From positions 1-54,755 of the forward strand of contig JAGTQN010000001.1 of the NCBI GenBank assembly GCA_018396395.1: 54,755 bases of DNA. Reading direction: 5' to 3'. This DNA comes from Candidatus Bathyarchaeota archaeon (GTDB lineage: Archaea; Thermoproteota; CALKCG01; B24; JAGTQN01). The notes under the pieces are model-generated. The model saw only the letters and a list, made by a program, of their open reading frames with translations. It did not search any database and was not told where the DNA came from. Positions 18,601 through 26,781 of the stretch are shown piece by piece (the stretch's first letter is position 1; every line of letters starts with the position of its first letter). The translations under genes and the position numbers were made by a program.

Positions 18601-20156
18601 GCCTACTCGTAGCAGCTTGGATAGATCCTTTCAAAGGTATTCAGCCCATTTCGGAAGAATTATTAGAGGGAATTAGGCGCGTCTATAATGAGGGGGTATC
18701 GATAGCCCCTAGGGCATGGTTGTACAACATCCATATAGGGAATATGCCTGGCGATTTTAATGATCCATATGCGAGGGGACTTCTCAATATTTCTTCTGGA
18801 GACTCATGGCATACGGCTGCTGCAATCCTTGGAATTTCTGAAAATGAATTGAATATAGCTTACCAAGGAGATATGCAGAAGATAGAACAGATACTTCTGG
18901 ATGGGGTCTGGTTCCCATCAGAGGATGAATTATTTGTTCTCATAAGTAAAGACTATGCAGATTACCTAAACATCAGTATGTCTGACCCATCTTCAACCCT
19001 GATTAGAGTTAATGGTATTCAGATGAGAGTTTGTGGAATCTTTGATGCAAAACTCCTAGAAGGTATAAAGGAACTTGATGGGAGACCCATTATGCCCTTC
19101 GATCCCTCTGATTGGAGAAAGCGACAGCCCCTTCGAGCCCATGAGGTTCTCCTCATGCCATTTAACGCTGTAATGAGGCGCTTAGCTACTTGGGGGCCCT
19201 TTATTACCCAAGTGGCTTTGTATATCGAAAATCCTGTCAAAGTTAAGGAACTAGCAGAATCTATAACTCTCTACTATGACTTCGATGTCTATGCCTCTAC
19301 TGGAGAAAGAGTTTACTTGTTTGCTCATGGAGTCTCAAGGGAAGTAAGTGGACTAACTTTTATAATACTCCCCTCTATCATAGGAGTCCTTAGCCTTTTC
19401 AACATCATGTTAGGCAATGTAATAGAGAGGAGGAGGGAAATATCCACCTTCGCCTCTGTTGGTCTATCTCCCTTGCATGTCGGAAGTATATTCCTTACGG
19501 AGGCAGGAATATACGCTGTTTTAGGAGGGACCTTAGGATACCTCTTTGGCATCATAATCGCCTCGGGAGCGTATAGATTCTATGGAATAGCCGTGAATTA
19601 TTCTTCAATCATGGTGGTAGCCGTCGTACTTCTCTCCATGGGGTTAACGACCTCCTCATCCATCTATCCAATCTATAAATGCGCAAGGCTAGTAACACCT
19701 TCTCTTGAAAGAAAGTGGAAGGTTCCGACTAAGCCAAAAGGAGATACTTGGGAAATTCCCTTGCCCTTTGTTTCCAGCGAGGCTGAGGCAAGGGGGATAA
19801 TAGCATTTATGAAGGAATTTTATGAGGGACATATGATCAGAGATGAGTCGCCAGTCTTTTTCGCCCAGAATCTCTCCATAGAGGAGAGAGCTACGAATAA
19901 CATTACCGTTAAGTCTCTTATAGCGACCGTGGCTATAGAACCTTATCCGCGGGGGATATCCCAGATTGCTATCTTTAATGCATCTATAACTGAGGGTAGG
20001 GCGAGTTACACCTTATTCCTTAAAAGGCTCACAGGAGAACAATCGAGTTGGCAACACCTCAATAAATCCTTCATAAGTGAAGTCCGGAGGCAACTTCTCA
20101 TATGGCGAAGCCTCAGGGATCATGAGAAGAAACGGTATATGGAGGCTAAATTGTAA
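15684..20156 (+). CDS. Giant membrane protein: signal anchor, PA domain, M28-like (apparently inactive) ectodomain, FtsX/MacB-type permease module, unknown C-terminal domain
   Basis: N-terminal TM helix IVHSLIFLLTFVFLWSLVFL and PA-like GKLVYVGKGY..VEGNIVLMD..AAKLGAKAVVF. M28-like block NVIGFIYGK..LILTAYYDSYS..PGAQESLG..FVAFAGHNQALLGAREF. FtsX hallmarks are RKRRLRTTLTFTSILMIALALV, a large loop, and LFNIMLGNVIERRREISTFASVGLSPLHVGSIFLTEAGIYAVLGGTLGYLFG. The start may instead be the ATG at 15696. Confidence 0.8.
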   Translation: MGFRMFPARKPIVHSLIFLLTFVFLWSLVFLNRPIHASNSNIVEKDEIVEIVRNINISKIILHAKYFSSFESRYSGYPGSDAAAEYIRQYFESLGLVDVEFHEFNVTVPIDYGTSISLLGHDGREKRAFKAYTLEPNMVALSRRSSEGLTGKLVYVGKGYLEEMSGKDVEGNIVLMDFSGSKDNWINAAKLGAKAVVFIGEGDRYDAARKSLWIPLDFPRIFVPEPSGCMLKKAINETVRVLCDMRFEQRTAKNVIGFIYGKQMPEQSLILTAYYDSYSITPGFAPGAQESLGISTLLELARFFSEYSKRGRGPNRTIMFVAFAGHNQALLGAREFTELFLFERRWQSKVGLMDMTYYPIMINLDLATDNDWVVNLGAGDVCALGYGTRGPAFQAVRWIYDRFKDVYTPQIIDAWKTIYGRTFRIDLDPYYPGSRAPEPNHIVMDSEPYLAAGANGFSFYTAYSERKYYSTPFDTYERLMWNNLQPQIETIFSVIYMLQAEPQLKELSTEVTRIGGRLYGANYGKLFGRVVTFNPSINQYEGVSKALVAIQGPGLYRYILTTDEDGLFTVVGITAFGTNYGIYPFYLDENGTIEYAPDFGIYSFGNDVQITIWRGGIIGTQEYPQYFTVFKCGSVAFFDLLAPRTGFASSVFRIMDFNTHSTPAHYSFFPREASPIVVAFVEPGTRVEAIAFQADVPIPSAIILNSSRIRPQGNGYEVKYGRQLLVTNALLKNAEDIWLLNNERINTFLQFNVFEPAAAQLHDAAKSILDASWGAFENRSYGLAFTNAQRALGVETRAYARILSLYNETISSTMFFFALLVPFVFLAERLFLSWNGPRRLLGIIMIFIMALGMFALFHAGFHLGANMFIVLIGFVTMALTLPLVPILGGHAQSRILEWRRAVVGLHFAEISRTGAILLSLSYGVQQMRKRRLRTTLTFTSILMIALALVSMTSMSVHSITLQLPTGGEPTRVGLLVAAWIDPFKGIQPISEELLEGIRRVYNEGVSIAPRAWLYNIHIGNMPGDFNDPYARGLLNISSGDSWHTAAAILGISENELNIAYQGDMQKIEQILLDGVWFPSEDELFVLISKDYADYLNISMSDPSSTLIRVNGIQMRVCGIFDAKLLEGIKELDGRPIMPFDPSDWRKRQPLRAHEVLLMPFNAVMRRLATWGPFITQVALYIENPVKVKELAESITLYYDFDVYASTGERVYLFAHGVSREVSGLTFIILPSIIGVLSLFNIMLGNVIERRREISTFASVGLSPLHVGSIFLTEAGIYAVLGGTLGYLFGIIIASGAYRFYGIAVNYSSIMVVAVVLLSMGLTTSSSIYPIYKCARLVTPSLERKWKVPTKPKGDTWEIPLPFVSSEAEARGIIAFMKEFYEGHMIRDESPVFFAQNLSIEERATNNITVKSLIATVAIEPYPRGISQIAIFNASITEGRASYTLFLKRLTGEQSSWQHLNKSFISEVRRQLLIWRSLRDHEKKRYMEAKL

Positions 20157-20187
20157 AAATGACTTCCTTACTTGGCATGGATCGAGT

Positions 20188-20195
20188 AAAATGAG
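20188..20195. repeat. Left copy of 8-bp target-site duplication (aaaatgag)
   Basis: Identical octamer immediately outside both terminal inverted repeats of the 20196..20691 element. Confidence 0.7.
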
Positions 20196-20691
20196 GGTGC
20201 TGTAACCTTAAGCCTTAGGGGAGCCCTATCTCCCTCGATGCTTTATGAAAACCTTCGAGAGGGATAGGAATCCTAGGCAGATTGTGAAGTAGCCTATGCC
20301 CTATCCTATCCTATACTTATACCTTTCATGTCCATCCTTAAGGAAGGATTCAAGGACCATAGAATAAGCCTATGGCTTCCTAGAAGCCATGAATCCATAT
20401 GGCGTTGGATCCATTCCATCGCTTCGGAGGCCTTTCATTTCAGAAGCCTTCTATAAGGGAAGGGCTAAGAAGGCTTTCATGGACGAGATGAGCGAACCGT
20501 AAACTTGAAAGGCATTCGATGGAAGCCTGGATATGGAATGGATGGCCTTAGAACCCATAGGCGAATCCTAGCCCCTTAGAACTGAGCTGGACAGGGAGAG
20601 GTATAACCTTATGTTACGTTACACCATATATATTTCTAAGGAAGCTTAAGGAAATTATGGCATAAAGGCTTAGGCTTAAGGTTACAACATC
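20196..20691 (+). mobile_element. Non-autonomous (MITE-like or internally deleted) IS6-family-like element
   Basis: The 20-bp TIRs are ggtgctgtaaccttaagcct and the reverse complement of aggcttaaggttacaacatc (18/20). They are flanked by the 8-bp direct repeat aaaatgag. The interior carries only broken transposase-like frames (SHESIWRWIHS; FMDEMSEP..KLERHSMEAWIWNGW). Confidence 0.7.
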
Positions 20692-20699
20692 AAAATGAG
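20692..20699. repeat. Right copy of 8-bp target-site duplication (aaaatgag)
   Basis: See the left copy at 20188..20195. Confidence 0.7.
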
Positions 20700-20716
20700 A
20701 GGCGTATAGGTAGGAT

Positions 20717-22741
20717 TTAAACTGGGCCAGGTTCGTCAACATTATTCGGAAGAATTTCATAGATGAGCTTCTCACCTATGATCGAGAGGTCTTCCATGAT
20801 TGTGTTAAGCCTTCGGAAAGTCTGTTCAAGCACTTGAGCCTCGATCTCGATTCTATGCAACTTCTCTGGACGTGACCTCAAAGCCTTAGAATATCGCACA
20901 GGCTGAATCCAAGGCAATGTATAGAGGTATGCACCATCTATACAAAAGCATGTTGCCTTTAGTTCAGGGGTTATCACAAGACGTCGAATAAGGTTAGCCA
21001 ATCTGAAATATCTCCTCAGCGCCTCCATTTTCTCGTCAGGAAGTCTTTTAGGAAGTCTCGAAACTTCTTGAAGAAGTCTACCGTCTAGGTTTCCTTCCCA
21101 AGGTCCCTGATCAATTGCCTTCAGATAAGCACATAAGCTCAGGGTTAAAACCCTATTCAATTTATCGGCTTCGATCTCCATCTTTTCGAGCTCTTTTAAA
21201 GCTCCAGCTAAGTTTATGCCAAGCTTAGATGCTTTCTTTACAAGGTCACGAAGGCCTTCCTTTCCTTCCATAAGCATTCTAGCATAGCATTTGTAGTCTA
21301 GAGGAAGAACATCAGACTCAGATAAAGTGAGAAGCATTACTCCAAGCCCTTCAATCGGTTCCTTAAACCGATCTGGTCTAAGAAGTTCCTCAGGTTCAGG
21401 CTCATCGGCGGGTCCATGATAAGGGTTAGACTTAACGAGGTAAGGAGTTAACCTTTTACCGACCCAATCCTTCCCGCCTCTAGTTACAGCTGGGCTCGTT
21501 ACTGGAATGCAGCCATCGATGAAGAACACGATCATATCAAATCCTGCACCTCGTACAAGACTATAACCTCCAGCCTTAAGCCCTGGAACGACAGAAGTGG
21601 CTACATATTTGCTGAGCGATCCGAGTTCTGGAGAACCCCATCCACCCGTGATAAGGTCTTTACCGAAAACTCCTCCATCGACATCGATATAGGCTACGAT
21701 CTTATTCTTGATAGATTCATGTTCATCCAAATAGGCATAAGAGCCGACGCATCCCTCTTCTTCTCCTGTCCAGAAGCAGAATTTTAAAGTTCTGCGAGGT
21801 CTAATACCCTCTTTCAGAAGTTCTCCGAAGGCATGCGCAACCCCAAGGATAACTCCACATCCACTCGAATTGTCGAGAACACCTCTACCGAAGGAATCAT
21901 AATGTGCCCCAACCATTACTACTTCATCTGGAAACTCGGAACCAGGGATTGTGGCGACCACATTAAATGCTTGTTTCCTTTCAACATTCTTCAAGACCTT
22001 TATTAAGACCTTCACGTTCTCTCTTCGGCATAGGCTTCGGAGATAGGCACCATCCTTCCTTTGAACTATCACAGCTGGTATCATGGGTAAACTCTCTTCA
22101 GGGAACTTATAGAACATATAATCTCCTTGATGTTCGAGCCATGCATAGGTAGAACCTTTTGGAAGCATTCGTATGGGCCTATGCCAGCCACCTGCTGGGC
22201 CTTCAAAATAGCTATAGTTGAGCCTTGTAGCCACTACTGCTCCAACAGCACCATGAATCCTAGCCAGAATAAGCCTGGATCTAGCCCAAAAACCGTCCAT
22301 AAGAATGATCTTTCCCTTTGCATCTATACCCCTCCTCTCTAATTTCTTATAGTCCTCTTCCCAACCTCTTCCAACATATAGGAGACTTCCAGAAACCCCC
22401 TCTGGTTTTGTGGCATTTCCATATATCATTGGTGTGCATGGAATGTCAACTTTCTTTGGTGATATGATGGTAAGCGAGCATTCTAATACATCGTGGCGTT
22501 CACATTCGAAGCTTTGTACTTCGGTATGAAGCCCACATTCCTTCAACCGTTTTGCAATGTATTTGGCTTTCTTTATGTTTTCAGGCATTCCCATAAGCTG
22601 GTTTACACCCTTGGGCCCTACCTTACACATCTCCACGGTCCAATCGTAAGCTTTTTTAAAGTCTACAATATGACAAAATTTTCTCTCCAGTTCCTTCTGT
22701 TTTTCTGAGACTGGAAAAGCAAAGCCCATTGAGGTATTCAT
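20717..22741 (-). CDS. M28-family metallopeptidase with PA domain and C-terminal helical domain (M28B-like architecture)
   Basis: Canonical ligand blocks are intact: MVGAHYDSFG, VLDNSSGCG, FWTGEEEGCVGSYAY, AYIDVDGG. PA-like GSLLYVGRGW..AKGKIILMD..GAVGAVVA. No N-terminal signal sequence is evident. Confidence 0.85.
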   Translation of the reverse strand: MNTSMGFAFPVSEKQKELERKFCHIVDFKKAYDWTVEMCKVGPKGVNQLMGMPENIKKAKYIAKRLKECGLHTEVQSFECERHDVLECSLTIISPKKVDIPCTPMIYGNATKPEGVSGSLLYVGRGWEEDYKKLERRGIDAKGKIILMDGFWARSRLILARIHGAVGAVVATRLNYSYFEGPAGGWHRPIRMLPKGSTYAWLEHQGDYMFYKFPEESLPMIPAVIVQRKDGAYLRSLCRRENVKVLIKVLKNVERKQAFNVVATIPGSEFPDEVVMVGAHYDSFGRGVLDNSSGCGVILGVAHAFGELLKEGIRPRRTLKFCFWTGEEEGCVGSYAYLDEHESIKNKIVAYIDVDGGVFGKDLITGGWGSPELGSLSKYVATSVVPGLKAGGYSLVRGAGFDMIVFFIDGCIPVTSPAVTRGGKDWVGKRLTPYLVKSNPYHGPADEPEPEELLRPDRFKEPIEGLGVMLLTLSESDVLPLDYKCYARMLMEGKEGLRDLVKKASKLGINLAGALKELEKMEIEADKLNRVLTLSLCAYLKAIDQGPWEGNLDGRLLQEVSRLPKRLPDEKMEALRRYFRLANLIRRLVITPELKATCFCIDGAYLYTLPWIQPVRYSKALRSRPEKLHRIEIEAQVLEQTFRRLNTIMEDLSIIGEKLIYEILPNNVDEPGPV

Positions 22742-22771
22742 CTCAATCGTATCCCCCTATTTCAAAATACA

Positions 22772-22804
22772 TTTTATTTTTTATGTTTAACATAAAAAAT
22801 AAAA
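22772..22804. repeat. 33-bp A/T-dominated palindrome (16-bp perfect arms, 1-nt centre)
   Basis: ttttattttttatgtt t aacataaaaaataaaa. It lies 31-63 bp upstream of the M28 peptidase start codon and about 100 bp downstream of the permease stop. Confidence 0.85.
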
Positions 22805-22900
22805 GGAGACACAATTACCCTATTTTCACATGAGGAATAAATCTTTGTCGGTAGGAATGAAAACTTTCCATATTTAATGCTAATGGAATTACAAGCCATA

Positions 22901-24847
22901 TTAGTAGGGAAGGGACCAGGCAGCATTTCTGATTAGGGCAATGATAGAGCCGATGGCTGCTGCTATGCCTTCGCCAAGCGCCAATCCAGCAATCGCGATA
23001 ATTTTGTAATCAGTCCATCCTTTTCCTATTTTTCTGGTCAGAAAGATATTGATGATGCCCCCAACTAAGAGGGATAGGGGTTGGGGTATAGGTTGACTAA
23101 ATCCAGCGGCGAAACCTATGATTGAGAATGGGAACTTGAGGAAGTGACAAGTAATGGTCGCGGCACTCGATATCACGAATGCGAAAATGATATTCTCAGG
23201 AACCCACGATATCTGCGATCTTGAAACCCAGATGACGCTATTCAGGACTTGTATAGGCCAGAAGATGACTGTGGCAGGATAAGATGAAGAGGGGATGGGC
23301 GAAATCCTCCAAAAGGCCTCGACGTAGAGAAAACCTAAAAACAAAGCTATGGCCATCGCTATTATGTATGCAAGTATCCAACTCCTGTGGCTCGTCTCAG
23401 TCATATCGCATACCGCCAAGTTTGCGCAAATTCCTGCTCCACCCCCTCCTAAAGGTGGACTTGTATACCAAATGTCTATGCCTTGATATCCGCTTACAAG
23501 GTAAGCCCCTTCACGCACATACGGGATGCTAATCGCGTATCCTGTTTCGCCAATCCCTCTTCCCGCTATGATAGAGCTTATAAGAGGCATTCCAATCCCG
23601 AGAAGGATTAAAATCCATGCAGGAAAGCCTGGCACGAGAATGATTGGTATCGCCGTGAGAGGTATTACTCCTCCAAGCCATAGGACGATAGGGACGAGCG
23701 AAAACCTAGCTCCCTTTCCACCCCTCATCAAAGCCTTCAAAGACCCTATAAGAATATCCCAAACTCGTCTCCAGTTAAGTGCTAGGGGTATCAATCCTGC
23801 TGCTAAGCTTACTCCTATGTTAGGGCTTGCCCAGATTCGGAGCATCGACATGTTCCAAATATCTCTAATCCGCATACCCGAGGCATAACCAAAAAGGCCT
23901 CCCAACCTTCCAGGTGTTGGTGGGAAAAGGTATACAAGTATAGGATTTCCGATAACATAAGGACCTAATGAACCTATGAAGATCGATACAACCACATTGA
24001 AAGGTATTATGAAGCCTGTCGCAAACACAAAAAGGTCTGTTGCAAAGCCAAGGGTAGCTCCAGGCAGGATGGCATCTATGGGGATCTCGGCCCAAGGTAT
24101 CGGAATGGGTGCAATAGCAAAGTTTGTCGCAAACGGAAATGCGAAGGCCAAGGTGCCGTAAGCCAGACCTACGACAGCAGCGATGACCATAACACTCATC
24201 TTCCGTGATTCCCTTGTTGCCACGGTGACAACCATTTCCCCAGAAACCCTCTGCAGAGGGAACTGTAACCTCTCGATTTTTACATAGAGATTGTAGGTCA
24301 AAAGCCCCAGACCTATATCACATAAGAAGCCAAATGCGACACTGAAGTATGAGAGGAGTATCGGGACTCGAAAGTCGGGATGGAACAAAGTCCTTTCTAT
24401 AACAGCGGTAGAGGTTGGCGGAGGAGCCCACCAATCAGGAATAACTTCCCGTAAAGGAATGTTGGTTCCAGGTGCTGTAAAAGTTAAGGTATACGAACTT
24501 ACATTCCTGTAGTAAAGATTAAAGATGAAGCCCGTAGCCGATACAGTTGCACCAGAGACTGCAGCACAAGACCATATAATGAAGAGTTCTTGTTTACTAA
24601 GCGGGGTACCGAAGAACCTTGTGATTTCGCTGAAAAGTAGCACAGTCGTATAAGATATAGTCCACCACATGATGTCTGCATTTCCTAAAGCCAATGTCAT
24701 CCAGATGCTCGCAGGGAGAAAGACGACACCTGTGTAGATGAGGGCTAGAAAAGATCTGAAGGTCAATCCATTTATGTAGCTAATATCGGGAGATCCGGGC
24801 TCTCTGATCGTTGTAATAGTCTCCGTCTTTTCTGTTTCGGTAGTCAT
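22901..24847 (-). CDS. Polytopic membrane protein (at least 12 predicted TM helices), putative peptide/solute permease, OPT-like or uncharacterised family
   Basis: 648 aa and hydrophobic almost throughout, with repeated G/P-rich TM segments. The N-terminal GLTFRSFLALIYTG is reminiscent of OPT-type starts. Distantly similar to 27939..29924. Confidence 0.55.
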   Translation of the reverse strand: MTTETEKTETITTIREPGSPDISYINGLTFRSFLALIYTGVVFLPASIWMTLALGNADIMWWTISYTTVLLFSEITRFFGTPLSKQELFIIWSCAAVSGATVSATGFIFNLYYRNVSSYTLTFTAPGTNIPLREVIPDWWAPPPTSTAVIERTLFHPDFRVPILLSYFSVAFGFLCDIGLGLLTYNLYVKIERLQFPLQRVSGEMVVTVATRESRKMSVMVIAAVVGLAYGTLAFAFPFATNFAIAPIPIPWAEIPIDAILPGATLGFATDLFVFATGFIIPFNVVVSIFIGSLGPYVIGNPILVYLFPPTPGRLGGLFGYASGMRIRDIWNMSMLRIWASPNIGVSLAAGLIPLALNWRRVWDILIGSLKALMRGGKGARFSLVPIVLWLGGVIPLTAIPIILVPGFPAWILILLGIGMPLISSIIAGRGIGETGYAISIPYVREGAYLVSGYQGIDIWYTSPPLGGGGAGICANLAVCDMTETSHRSWILAYIIAMAIALFLGFLYVEAFWRISPIPSSSYPATVIFWPIQVLNSVIWVSRSQISWVPENIIFAFVISSAATITCHFLKFPFSIIGFAAGFSQPIPQPLSLLVGGIINIFLTRKIGKGWTDYKIIAIAGLALGEGIAAAIGSIIALIRNAAWSLPY

Positions 24848-24992
24848 TCTGATCCACTGATCTCAATAAGAGTTGTCATTCAAAGCTTTAAACGTTTAAC
24901 TCATTCATGTAAAGGCATATAGATGACTAGAAGCATCTCATAAATAGCACGAGACCGAACTCCATTAAGTTGAAGGGGTTGATGGGTCTATC

Positions 24993-25412
24993 TTGGACCT
25001 TACGAATGGGCAGTGGGCGGTCCTAGAGCCCTTGGTTCCAAAGCCCCCTGTCGGCCAGACGGGCCGGTCGGACAGGCCGTGGAGAAACCTGGGAGATCCT
25101 TAACGGGATCCTCTGGATTCTCTGGACTGGCGCTCTCTGCACGACCTGCCTGACAGGTAACTGCCTGGACAAAGCCCTCAAAGGGGAAGGGATAGGAGTA
25201 GGAATGATCGCCCTCCCAAGGATAGCCGCAGAAAGCCGCCTATGCAGGACGGCAACCTCCCGAGCGCTACAGAAGGCGCTGAAAGTGGAGGGGCTCATAG
25301 GATGGCTGCAGAACTTCAGGCACCTCTTAGCCCATCATGGGCACTGGCCGAGAACTTCCTAGGCTTCGTTCACCCTGGGCTGATCCTTATATTGCTCAGA
25401 TGGTATTTGTGA
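24993..25412 (+). pseudogene. IS5-family transposase relic (frameshifted and internally deleted)
   Basis: Three different frames carry transposase hallmarks. They read DLTNGQWAVLEPLVPKPPVGQTGRSDRPWRNLGD(stop), then EILNGILWILWTGA / HDLPDR, then KVEGLIGWLQNFRHLLAHH / AENFLGFVHPGLILILLRWYL. About 420 bp remain, against roughly 1 kb expected. Confidence 0.7.
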
Positions 25413-25504
25413 GATGCCTTCTAATTAGGTCATTTTCATCTATAGTCTCTGAATAGCCCATCTAAGGCTTTCTATACCCTTCCCTGATCATAGCGCACCT
25501 GAAA

Positions 25505-26506
25505 TTATGAGTAGTGAGGGATCTTTACAGCCCTCTTCAACTGGGCCGACTCTAAAACGGCATCAACGACTTCGAGAACTCTTAACCCATCAAGTACATT
25601 AATGGAGGGTGTTCTGTCCTCTATAACTGATGCTATGAACTCCCTAAGCTCACGTTCAAACATAGGATAAGTGGAATCTTCCATAAACCTGATTGTTGTA
25701 GGATTTGCATACTCGATCATTTTTGAGCTATGAACTAAGAGATAATTATCCCTCCATTCGCTTTTCATATGACCTTCTGACCCGATGACTTCTACAGAAT
25801 CGATTGATTTAGATGCCCGCATGGTCAGGCTAAGACTCGCCAAAACACTATTCTTGAATCGAATGATGAAGGAGACGGTTTCGTCAACTCCAAAGGTTGG
25901 ATGAACGTTTACCTCAGCAAGCACCTCCTCAGCTCTGCTTCCAATCATCCATAAAACTTGATCTATGAGATGTACGCCCAGATACCTTAGTATGCCTCCA
26001 CCCTTTGGCTCCTCAAGTAACCATCCGCGAAGCAGACCAGTCCCCTTTACCGCGAGAACTAAATAAACCTCTCCTACGATGCCTTTGTCAAGGAAATTTT
26101 TCATCAATGATCTAGAAGCTAAAAATCGTTGGCAGTATCCAACCATGAGTTTTGCTCCACTTCTCTCAACGGCTTCAACTAGCTCCTTTGCTTCAATACT
26201 GTTCTTTGCCATTGGTTTTTCGACAAAAGTTGGCTTTCCCGCTTCAAGACAATCTATAGACACATTTTTCAACGCAAAATGAGGAACAGCAATGAGGACG
26301 GCATCCACATTCCCCTTTTCCAGTAACTCATAATGGTCTCTATAGTAGTTTTTAACTTTGAACTCCTCAGCGAATCGCTTCGCTATAGTCTCATTCACAT
26401 CTGCTACAGCTATAAGCTTACATCCATCGATCCTTCCAAGAACCGTAGAGAGAGTCCTTCCTTGGTTGCCACATCCAATAAGCCCCATACTTAACTCTCT
26501 GACCAA
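25505..26506 (-). CDS. Gfo/Idh/MocA-family NAD(P)-dependent oxidoreductase
   Basis: N-terminal Rossmann motif GLIGCGNQG, the conserved FVEKPMA motif, and the typical C-terminal alpha/beta domain. Confidence 0.9.
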   Translation of the reverse strand: MVRELSMGLIGCGNQGRTLSTVLGRIDGCKLIAVADVNETIAKRFAEEFKVKNYYRDHYELLEKGNVDAVLIAVPHFALKNVSIDCLEAGKPTFVEKPMAKNSIEAKELVEAVERSGAKLMVGYCQRFLASRSLMKNFLDKGIVGEVYLVLAVKGTGLLRGWLLEEPKGGGILRYLGVHLIDQVLWMIGSRAEEVLAEVNVHPTFGVDETVSFIIRFKNSVLASLSLTMRASKSIDSVEVIGSEGHMKSEWRDNYLLVHSSKMIEYANPTTIRFMEDSTYPMFERELREFIASVIEDRTPSINVLDGLRVLEVVDAVLESAQLKRAVKIPHYS

Positions 26507-26781
26507 GAATTATAACTCCCCTTGTCGCTTGGCTGAGAGGTTATGGGGATTTATGTCTATAAGTATTGTGCTTTATGGGATGATACCGTCAAGTTTTGGT
26601 AGACTAAATAGACTTTATTCTCTTTATCTCATTATGGATCGTGTTGACGAGGTTCTTATGAAGGTTCTAGCCGATGGTCCTAAGCTTGACGGTATCTATG
26701 GGGATGGTGTTGTATCCATGAAAAGCATCTGAATTCTCTACCGGGCTTCGTATGCGTAAGAACACATCCTAACACCTTCAT

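Noticed and set aside
25023-25298. 91-aa minus-strand ORF
   Set aside because: It is antisense to the IS5-family relic, whose plus-strand frames carry the recognisable transposase motifs.
26358-26732. 124-aa plus-strand ORF
   Set aside because: The first half is antisense to the 5' end of the Gfo/Idh/MocA gene. Only the last 30 or so residues (LADGPKLDGIYGDGV) look like a transposase scrap. Not a real gene as drawn.
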